Of a DNA stretch of 64,000 nucleotides, positions 46,807 to 53,894 are shown in pieces. The DNA is from a virus. Made by a program: the position numbers and the translations under genes. Every line of letters begins with the position of its first letter. Within the stretch, counting starts at the first letter, position 1. The stretch lies in the IMG/VR virus record IMGVR_UViG_3300025018_000102, positions 64,001 to 128,000 of that record; one strand, written 5' to 3'. The notes under the pieces were generated by a model. It saw only the letters and a program-made list of their open reading frames with translations, was not told the origin of the DNA and did not search any database.

Positions 46807-48146
46807 TCGTCGGCCTCTGGGAGCTGCGGGTCATCTTCGGAGCTACCGGACTCTTGTTCGGTCTCAGCCTGCTGGTCTTCGGCTAGTTCGTCCTCAGTGG
46901 GCTCAGTGGGCTGAAGTAGGTCTTCCAACTCGGCTTCCGTTACCTCATGTAGGGGCATGGAGTGGAGCCACTTACTGAAGTCCATCTCATCGGGGCGCTT
47001 GGCTGTGAGGTCAGCCCAAACGGTGAGTACGCCGAAAGGGTCCGGATTGATCTTCGTCAGCGACTTACCTACTTCATCGGGCGGAGGAGGCTCTTCCTCG
47101 TCGCCTTCAGGGGCCGTGTCTTCTTCGGGCTCGTCGAGCATTGGGGGCTCATCTTCTTCTCGATAGTTCTGCTTGAGCACACGCTGCAACTGGAGGTCAA
47201 CCAGGTGGCTGATGTCGTCTGGGGTCCCAAGGACGTTCCCAACCTCGATGAGAGCCATCTCGTGGAAGTCCTTGATGTCCACAGCGTTGGCAGCCAATCG
47301 GTGCACGATTTTGCTGTACAGGTGGCTGACGTGCCAGAAGAGCAGGTAGGCTGGTGAGATTCTCAGGGCCGAGAAGATGGACTGCATGTGGCGGGGGCCA
47401 ATGGGCTGTTGGCCCATACGAGTGCCCAGCATGAACAGTGGCTCTTCGCCGTCCCTCCCGGTGGTGAGAGACGTGAATAGGTCAAGAAGCACTACGTCCA
47501 GAACAATCTTCTTTCCTAGGAAGATCACAGTGGAATCCACGTACTCCACATCTGCCACTGTGGCCGTAAGAAGCTCGTACATGTCGTACATGCCTTGGTC
47601 AACCAGCATCAGGATCAGCGCGACGACACGATCCTTCGGGTGTGCGGATTGGAGAAGCTTGGCTGCGTATTTGCGGTAACGCACTAGCCCGGAGTCTGTG
47701 GTGCGCAGGTTGTACTGGACCCAAAGGTCCAGGTTCTCTCGAATGTCTGAATCGAGGTACATGAAGCGCACAGACCCGTCCTCGACCTCGTACATCCCAT
47801 ACCATATGGACGAGGGGTTCATTGGGTCGTAGGCCTCGTTGCGAAGTAGTTCGGTGTCAATAGGGAGCGACGCGTGAAGTTTTCTTCCGTCCTCCGTATA
47901 GAACTGAGGGGCCAAGTTGGGCATCACCTGGTCAGCGACCAAGATGGCGTTACCACTTAGGGGATCGTAGTCTGGATGGTGCTCAGGGGCATTGGTGTAC
48001 TGCCAGTAGTTGAGGAACCTGTCCTTGTACCAGAAGTCGTAGATGCCGTGGGAGCCCGAGCGATAGACGTATTTGTGCGTTGGGTCAACGCCTTCTGGCA
48101 ACCCAAACGCCTTGTCAATGTTGTCTTCGGATATTACGAGCTTCAT
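46803..48146 (-). CDS. Topoisomerase IB-like protein, apparently inactive
   Basis: RVVALILMLVDQG, T..DV...V.FLGK, EPLF, IS.AYLLFWH and VG.VLGTP follow the TopIB catalytic-domain order but lack the catalytic Arg/Arg/Tyr. Confidence 0.6.
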   Translation of the reverse strand: MKLVISEDNIDKAFGLPEGVDPTHKYVYRSGSHGIYDFWYKDRFLNYWQYTNAPEHHPDYDPLSGNAILVADQVMPNLAPQFYTEDGRKLHASLPIDTELLRNEAYDPMNPSSIWYGMYEVEDGSVRFMYLDSDIRENLDLWVQYNLRTTDSGLVRYRKYAAKLLQSAHPKDRVVALILMLVDQGMYDMYELLTATVADVEYVDSTVIFLGKKIVLDVVLLDLFTSLTTGRDGEEPLFMLGTRMGQQPIGPRHMQSIFSALRISPAYLLFWHVSHLYSKIVHRLAANAVDIKDFHEMALIEVGNVLGTPDDISHLVDLQLQRVLKQNYREEDEPPMLDEPEEDTAPEGDEEEPPPPDEVGKSLTKINPDPFGVLTVWADLTAKRPDEMDFSKWLHSMPLHEVTEAELEDLLQPTEPTEDELAEDQQAETEQESGSSEDDPQLPEADE

Positions 48147-48514
48147 GAGCCTGGCATGCTAGGTATAACTACTGAATAGTAACATATCCCGGAGGACTTG
48201 TCTGGAACGAGGATTCCCTTGGCTTCGAGATTGCGGATTGCCTTGATACTCATGTGCTTGAGCAACTTGAGTTTGGTGAGGCCTTTGACCTGGGACAGGG
48301 ACTTTAGCACATTTATGGCTACTTGTGCCCTAAGGTAGGGGTTGCGAACGTCATAGCCCTTACTGACGTCCTCCTCCTCATTTTGGGGAGGCTTGGGGCG
48401 CTCTTTCGGAGCAGCGGTCTTTGCCTCTGCAAATACTGCGTCTTCCTGCGACCACAGGATGCCTAATGCCTGACTATCTTCATAACTCGACAACAGGTCC
48501 ACCCATCTCGGCAA
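48143..48514 (-). CDS. Hypothetical protein (possible C-terminal winged helix)
   Basis: 123-aa ORF coupled to its neighbours. Confidence 0.6.
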   Translation of the reverse strand: MPRWVDLLSSYEDSQALGILWSQEDAVFAEAKTAAPKERPKPPQNEEEDVSKGYDVRNPYLRAQVAINVLKSLSQVKGLTKLKLLKHMSIKAIRNLEAKGILVPDKSSGICYYSVVIPSMPGS

Positions 48515-48800
48515 TGTAGTCCATCAGGTATCCCTTCAGTTCCAAACGGGCCATACGCTCGTGGAGGGCGTCGATAGGGTACCCTGGAAAGATCTCCTGG
48601 TAAACCTCTTTGATGATCTCAGGGTCCATGATGGGCAGAAGCTCGATGAGCCTGGTGAGCCCGTCCTGCGAATCCAGGTCGAAGTTGTACATCGACTTCG
48701 CCACAATGTTCCTCTCGGACATAGCGGGCTCGTAGTGGATGTTGAGAAGTTCGACGGACTTGTCGTCGTCGAACCAGGTTTCTAGGTGGGAGAAGTTCAC
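48480..48800 (-). CDS. Hypothetical protein
   Basis: 106-aa acidic ORF with an ATGA-type overlap. Confidence 0.7.
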   Translation of the reverse strand: MNFSHLETWFDDDKSVELLNIHYEPAMSERNIVAKSMYNFDLDSQDGLTRLIELLPIMDPEIIKEVYQEIFPGYPIDALHERMARLELKGYLMDYIAEMGGPVVEL

Positions 48801-49024
48801 TTTACCTTCGTCATGCTGATGTAGCCGTTGTTGTAGCGCTGAGGGAGCACCTCAAGGAACTCGATGCCGTCCTTGATAGTCTTGCCTCCAATATCGGCCT
48901 CCTTCAGACGTATCATGAAGTGCGGGGTGTCACAGGCAACCCGCTGACCATCCCACCACACGTGAATGGTCTCCTTCATGCCTGAGTTCATCTTTAACTC
49001 GTACTCGTGTTCTCTGGTAGCCAT
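48797..49024 (-). CDS. Small protein, candidate immunity partner of the MuF-kinase
   Basis: 75 aa, starting 3 nt after the kinase-fusion stop. Function inferred from position only. Confidence 0.55.
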   Translation of the reverse strand: MATREHEYELKMNSGMKETIHVWWDGQRVACDTPHFMIRLKEADIGGKTIKDGIEFLEVLPQRYNNGYISMTKVK

Positions 49025-49027
49025 GCC

Positions 49028-51535
49028 TTATCCTAACCCATTCTTATGTCCAGTCAATAGGTCTTGTCTAAGAAAAAGCCCTTTCTTCACTCGCTTACCT
49101 CTTCGAGTGGACATGTCCCTACCGCTAGTTGGGGCATACTGAATGAGATCTGCGTCTGGTCGTGCATCCCCTGAAGGGAACAGTTTCTCTGGGCTCTCTG
49201 CGAAGATCTTATCCTCCAGCCCAAGGTGCTTGCCTTCCGCCCTAAACTTGTCAGGGTTCTGCATTGCTTCCGTGGTAGAGGGCATAAACACCCCAATCTT
49301 CTGAAGTTCTAGGGCGTCTGCATTGTGAGGAGAGGACGGGTCTGAGGCGTGCTCCGCGATCCATTTCTTCGCAAACCCGTTGAACAGATCGTTGGGCATT
49401 GTCTTGTTGGTAGTGCGGGCATTGAAGTCTGCGCCGGGAGACTTTCCATGCCAAAAAGCGTCGATCGCACGAGGGTACTCATGGCCCTTGGGGTGTGCCC
49501 AGTGCACCCTAAACTTGTCATAGTCCAGGTGCCCTTCAGTCTGCTGAAGGTGCGTGACGTACTGCATTCGCAGGAATGTTTGTCCCTGCTGCCAATCCTT
49601 CATACCGGCGGTGGAGCGTTTGATGTCTCCAAACGACATTTTGGACATCTTGTCCATCAACGAATCGGGCACCTTGAGTTTGCGTCCCAGAGAGTGCAGG
49701 TTGGCGTGAATCATGTTCTTAGGAGCCATCATTCCATTGCCGCCAATGCCCGTGTTGTCGATGAACCGGACGTCGTGCTTCTCTGGATCCCACATGACAT
49801 TGTCCATGTGCTGATCTTGGTGGTTCAGCACATGGGCCATCACCGCTCCTTCAGACAACTTCTCAACAAGCGCATCCTGCTTACTCGGGGGAGTAGATTG
49901 GATCATCTGATCCACCGAGTTGCCTGCCTTGGCTTGAGGGTTTGGCTTGGCCGAGAAGTACGTAGCGGAGCTGTGCATGCCGTCCTGCCAGCTCTGCATA
50001 GAGACATTCACCCCTTGGTCCATGCGAGTTGCGGTGGGAGGAACGTGGTCTGTTAGCCCAAAAGCCATGTGGACATTGTACGCAATCTTCTCGTTGGACG
50101 CCCCAGTACCGTGGGGTATGGTTGCATTGCCTTCAGTAAGGGCGTTTCCAGAAGCCGCCTTCTCGCTGTATACCTGGTTGGGCTTGTATAGTGCTGAGCC
50201 GTTGCCTGCAATTGCCACCTTGAAGGTATCCTGTAGTCCCTTCTGCTCTTCACCAAGCCGGTCCTTAGTGGCAATGACGCCATTGTTGAGGTGGTCGAGG
50301 GCAACGTGGTGTGGGTGCTCTTCCTTGTCCCATGCGGTAGCGGCCAGCTTAGCCTGGAAGGACTGCTGCTTGGCCGTCTCGGGGTCCGAAGGGGCCACTC
50401 CTTGGGCCTTCGCCTTTTGATGCTCCAGGTCGGCCTGAGAGCCTCGCTTGTGCTGCTTGGAGCCGAGTTTGCCTCCGTAGCGAGCACAGCGCTCGTCACC
50501 GCCAAAGATGCAGGGCACCATGTCGGTGCCGCCATCTCCAGGAGTGTCCCCAGGCTTGGGCGCCGCCGTAGGAGTCTTCTGTCCGGGGGACTTGATGCCT
50601 GGAATGGAGGGGGGCTGCTTGGGTGCTGGCGGGTCTCCAAAGGCTTTCTTCAGATCCATGGCCACGAGGCGGCCTGACTGCCACTCCATGCCCGGAGGCA
50701 CAGGGACCACGCTGCACGCGCAGGCCGGGTGGAGCGGGGGAAGTGTAGGCTTCCAGTGCGTGTGGACACCGTTCTTCTTACTGTGGGACACACTGCCATC
50801 AGCGTTTGTGCCCGCAGAGATCAGTTCTCGAAGGGAGTACACCTTGGGATTGCCCTTGGCGTCCAGGTAGTGCCTGGCGCAATCAGGGCACGTGTCCGGA
50901 TTGGGAACGATGGAAACCTTGGTGTCGATACCGTTCAGGTTGGCAAAAGGGCCCACCTTGTTGAGGATTGCTTGGACACTGCCAGCAACCTTGGCGCGAT
51001 GAAGCTCTGTCCGAGAGATCTTGATCCATCGAGGGTTGAGGACTGTGCCGAGGCGCTTCGTCATGGAGGCCGCGAGGTCCATGTAGCTCTTCTGATACAG
51101 AACGGCGAGAGCTACCTCATCCTGGATAACTCCCTGCACCGTGGCCTTGTTGAGCGCTTTGCCCTCGGCGACCTGAATGCCCGTGAAGACGCCCTCCGAC
51201 AAGTCTGACTCGAGCCCGCGGATGTGTGTAGCTGCCTGCTGTCGAGCGTTGGCAATCGCTAGGCGTTCTGAGGCCGACAGGGACCTGTTTGCCCGCATCA
51301 GTTTATCGAGGTCAACGTCCTTCCACTCAGTCTTCTTCACCAGCAGTTTCATTCGCCCTAAGAGGAACGAGCGCTCAGTAAGCGAGACTTCGCGATCTGG
51401 AAGCGCCTTCAACTCCACCACCTCAATAAGTTCCTCTTTGGAGAGGACCTCGGGGCCAAGTAGAGCTGCGAGAAACCAGTTGAAGCGAACTCGAATACGA
51501 GCGCGAAGACGTGCTAGTGCATTAGGCTTGAGCAA
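49028..51535 (-). CDS. MuF-like head morphogenesis protein fused to a PI3K/PI4K/HipA-like kinase
   Basis: MuF: ISRTELHRA, TCPDC, PPLHPACAC. Kinase: ALYKP, NEKIAY, VPPT, SMQSW, NHQDQHMDN, FIDN. Confidence 0.85.
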   Translation of the reverse strand: MLKPNALARLRARIRVRFNWFLAALLGPEVLSKEELIEVVELKALPDREVSLTERSFLLGRMKLLVKKTEWKDVDLDKLMRANRSLSASERLAIANARQQAATHIRGLESDLSEGVFTGIQVAEGKALNKATVQGVIQDEVALAVLYQKSYMDLAASMTKRLGTVLNPRWIKISRTELHRAKVAGSVQAILNKVGPFANLNGIDTKVSIVPNPDTCPDCARHYLDAKGNPKVYSLRELISAGTNADGSVSHSKKNGVHTHWKPTLPPLHPACACSVVPVPPGMEWQSGRLVAMDLKKAFGDPPAPKQPPSIPGIKSPGQKTPTAAPKPGDTPGDGGTDMVPCIFGGDERCARYGGKLGSKQHKRGSQADLEHQKAKAQGVAPSDPETAKQQSFQAKLAATAWDKEEHPHHVALDHLNNGVIATKDRLGEEQKGLQDTFKVAIAGNGSALYKPNQVYSEKAASGNALTEGNATIPHGTGASNEKIAYNVHMAFGLTDHVPPTATRMDQGVNVSMQSWQDGMHSSATYFSAKPNPQAKAGNSVDQMIQSTPPSKQDALVEKLSEGAVMAHVLNHQDQHMDNVMWDPEKHDVRFIDNTGIGGNGMMAPKNMIHANLHSLGRKLKVPDSLMDKMSKMSFGDIKRSTAGMKDWQQGQTFLRMQYVTHLQQTEGHLDYDKFRVHWAHPKGHEYPRAIDAFWHGKSPGADFNARTTNKTMPNDLFNGFAKKWIAEHASDPSSPHNADALELQKIGVFMPSTTEAMQNPDKFRAEGKHLGLEDKIFAESPEKLFPSGDARPDADLIQYAPTSGRDMSTRRGKRVKKGLFLRQDLLTGHKNGLG

Positions 51536-51547
51536 GGTGTACTCACC

Positions 51548-51946
51548 TTACCTCTTCTTGTTCAAAGCTGCAAGAAGCGCCTTACCTGATTCTTCCACGT
51601 TAGTTCGAAGAGACTTGGAGACCTCGTTGGACTTGGAGACCGCTGCTGCCTGATCCGTCTTGGAGAGGAATGCCTTGACGACGGCCTCTGCATCTTCAAG
51701 TTTTCGCTTCGGGACCGAGGGGAGCGCCTTCGCGATGGCGGGCCGTGCGTCGCCAATAACGAGCGTAGGGCCCGCATCCGGAGGATGGAGTGCGCTTGCG
51801 CCGTGGCGGGTGTGGGGAGTCCCATCGGCATCTCGTTGGGCTTTCCAGCGATTCGCAGGGACCTTCACAGGCTCATGAAGTTCGTGAGTGAATAGGCCCT
51901 GAATGTTCATGGGCTTGCGTGTTGTCCAGTTATCCATTTGGTTCAC
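51548..51946 (-). CDS. Hypothetical protein (putative head cargo)
   Basis: IAKA, VVKA and two VSKS sites. Confidence 0.7.
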   Translation of the reverse strand: MNQMDNWTTRKPMNIQGLFTHELHEPVKVPANRWKAQRDADGTPHTRHGASALHPPDAGPTLVIGDARPAIAKALPSVPKRKLEDAEAVVKAFLSKTDQAAAVSKSNEVSKSLRTNVEESGKALLAALNKKR

Positions 51947-52136
51947 CTAGTATTTCTTTGACGTCTAGTGAGATGTCCGAAAGGAGTTCATCAAACAACG
52001 AGTCCATTCCGTCCATGAGTTCTTTCTCAGCGGGGTTGCTCGCCTTGTAGGGCTTCAGCATCTTTCGAGCTGCTTTGGCGACACCCTTCGAGATAGCCTC
52101 GAGTTGAGTGGCGCTGAGGTTTGTGTTGATCTTCAC
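51930..52136 (-). CDS. Small hypothetical protein
   Basis: The likely start is GTG at 52136, overlapping the upstream TAG. Gives MKINTNLS..., 68 aa. Confidence 0.65.
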   Translation of the reverse strand: MKINTNLSATQLEAISKGVAKAARKMLKPYKASNPAEKELMDGMDSLFDELLSDISLDVKEILGEPNG

Positions 52137-52612
52137 TATCGGCCGTGGTTTGAGAGACGGTACTCGTCTTCCGCCGATAGGTGGTCCGCAACTGCAAAAG
52201 CGAGCATCATTTGCTCCTCGGCTGAGATGCCGAGTTGCACGTTGCGGAAGGAAGCCGCGGTTGCAGGGTCCAGGTAGCAGAACACTCCAGGGAACACGCA
52301 CGAAAGGGCGACCTCTTCGGCGGTGTTGAGTTGGATGCCGTCTCGAACCTTTACGATGGCGATCTTGATCTGCCCCACCGCGTAGTCGATGGCCAGGGAG
52401 CCATCAGGGTTGCGTCGGAACATTCGGTTACCCGATGCCCGATTCGCGGGTGCGCGGTACATACTGCCCCTCGGGGCTTCCATGATGTACTCAGTTGGAC
52501 GTGAGTAGTCTGTCATGTCGTGACGCCGCGAGGCGCCCGGCATACTCTTCACTAGTTCATCGTTGGCCGCAATGAAGCGGACGGGGACTTTGGGGAGTAG
52601 GTTTGTAGTCAT
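52136..52612 (-). CDS. Hypothetical protein (putative head cargo)
   Basis: 158 aa with VRFIAANDELVKSM near the N-terminus. Confidence 0.7.
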   Translation of the reverse strand: MTTNLLPKVPVRFIAANDELVKSMPGASRRHDMTDYSRPTEYIMEAPRGSMYRAPANRASGNRMFRRNPDGSLAIDYAVGQIKIAIVKVRDGIQLNTAEEVALSCVFPGVFCYLDPATAASFRNVQLGISAEEQMMLAFAVADHLSAEDEYRLSNHGR

Positions 52613-53073
52613 AGATCAATCTGCCAAATGAAGAGTGGGGTGCCTGCTGGTAGGGACTTTTTGACGCCTTCGTCGTTCTTGTCCTTTTTGTCTTTAGGGT
52701 TGTTCTTGGGCTCAGTCTTCTTGTCGACCTTGTTCTTGTCCTTCTTAGTGGACACAAACAGGTTTCCCGTCTCGACCTTTCCTGGAGTCTGTCCCTGTTT
52801 CTCCTTAGAGTTCTGCTTTTCGTCTGAGAGCTTGTTCTTCAGATCCTCGCCCTTGCCGGCGTTCCTCTGGCCGCGCTCCTGGAGGTATTTGTCTCGGGCG
52901 TCGAAGGACTCAAAGTACTTGTATCGGGGACTACCGTCTTTCTCGTACCCCACCTGCAGGCGTGCGGCGTACTTGCCTCCACGAGTCTCTCCCTGCTCGT
53001 TGGTCTGTGTGGGACCATCTTTTGCCCGCGTCGACTCGGCCTTACATAGGCTGTCCGGTAGGATGAGGTTCAT
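52609..53073 (-). CDS. Basic hypothetical protein (putative head cargo)
   Basis: The likely start is MNLILPDSLCKA at 53073, 1 nt after the upstream stop. Lys-rich. Confidence 0.7.
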   Translation of the reverse strand: MNLILPDSLCKAESTRAKDGPTQTNEQGETRGGKYAARLQVGYEKDGSPRYKYFESFDARDKYLQERGQRNAGKGEDLKNKLSDEKQNSKEKQGQTPGKVETGNLFVSTKKDKNKVDKKTEPKNNPKDKKDKNDEGVKKSLPAGTPLFIWQIDL

Positions 53074-53074
53074 A

Positions 53075-53893
53075 CTAGTCTTCGATTGCGGAGAGCTTGG
53101 TAGGAGCTGTTCGAGTGGTGTACTCGCATCGAGGGCACTCAGCCAAACTCTTGTGCATCGTTCCACAAGCTCCGCAGGACTTGTAGGTCACTCCGGTGCC
53201 TCGTGGGTCGGATGACCTGAGGGGCTGGGCGGCTATTGAGCGCACAGGAACCACTGGAGGCTCACCAGCGTTGCGGGTACGGACGGTGCCGATTCTGCTG
53301 TTCTCCATGTCCACGGCCGCGAGTGACCTGTGCTCGCTGAGGGCTACTCGCGGCACATGCATGCTTGTGAGAGCCTTCTCCACCTTTTCTTCCGGTGCCG
53401 CAGTCTCTTTCTTAGAGGAAAGTCCCTTGACAATGGAAGTGACGCCATCAAGTACATTGATAGCTTCCTTTAGATTCTTGTTCATAGATTCCTCACTAGA
53501 GATTACCTTGATTTTAGCACTTATAGGGTTGACCATCAATGCCTTTATGATTTGGCCTGGATTAGCCTCGAGTTGATGCAGGAAAGAAGTTATGTGAACA
53601 GCCCTTATGCACCCCAGCCTTCGAGGGTCATCGTCGTATTGGGCCAGGTACTCGTCCCGAACCTGCTGCTCGTCTTGGAAGTACACAAAGCACTTTTGCT
53701 CGTCAAACTCAGTGAAATCCGGGCCCGTCATCTGGTCCACCACGAACACGAGGGGTGAGTCGTAGTGGGTTCCCACGTACACATCCACCTCATCCCCGTC
53801 AGATCCTAGGGTGTTCTTGATGTACCCGTAGTCTATCCGCTTGTAGTATCCACGGCGCTTGGTGCCCGCCTTCGCTTCGATAACTAGGTCCAT
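53075..53893 (-). CDS. Inorganic pyrophosphatase-like (InPase) domain protein with C-terminal Zn ribbon
   Basis: DYGYIKNTLGSDGDEVDVYVG...VFVVDQ...FDEQK, plus CGAC and CPRC. Confidence 0.8.
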   Translation of the reverse strand: MDLVIEAKAGTKRRGYYKRIDYGYIKNTLGSDGDEVDVYVGTHYDSPLVFVVDQMTGPDFTEFDEQKCFVYFQDEQQVRDEYLAQYDDDPRRLGCIRAVHITSFLHQLEANPGQIIKALMVNPISAKIKVISSEESMNKNLKEAINVLDGVTSIVKGLSSKKETAAPEEKVEKALTSMHVPRVALSEHRSLAAVDMENSRIGTVRTRNAGEPPVVPVRSIAAQPLRSSDPRGTGVTYKSCGACGTMHKSLAECPRCEYTTRTAPTKLSAIED

Positions 53894-53894
53894 G

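Noticed and set aside
46803-48146. Tyrosine integrase
   Set aside because: The R-H-R-H-Y catalytic set is absent, the segment pattern fits TopIB better, and no att-like context was seen.
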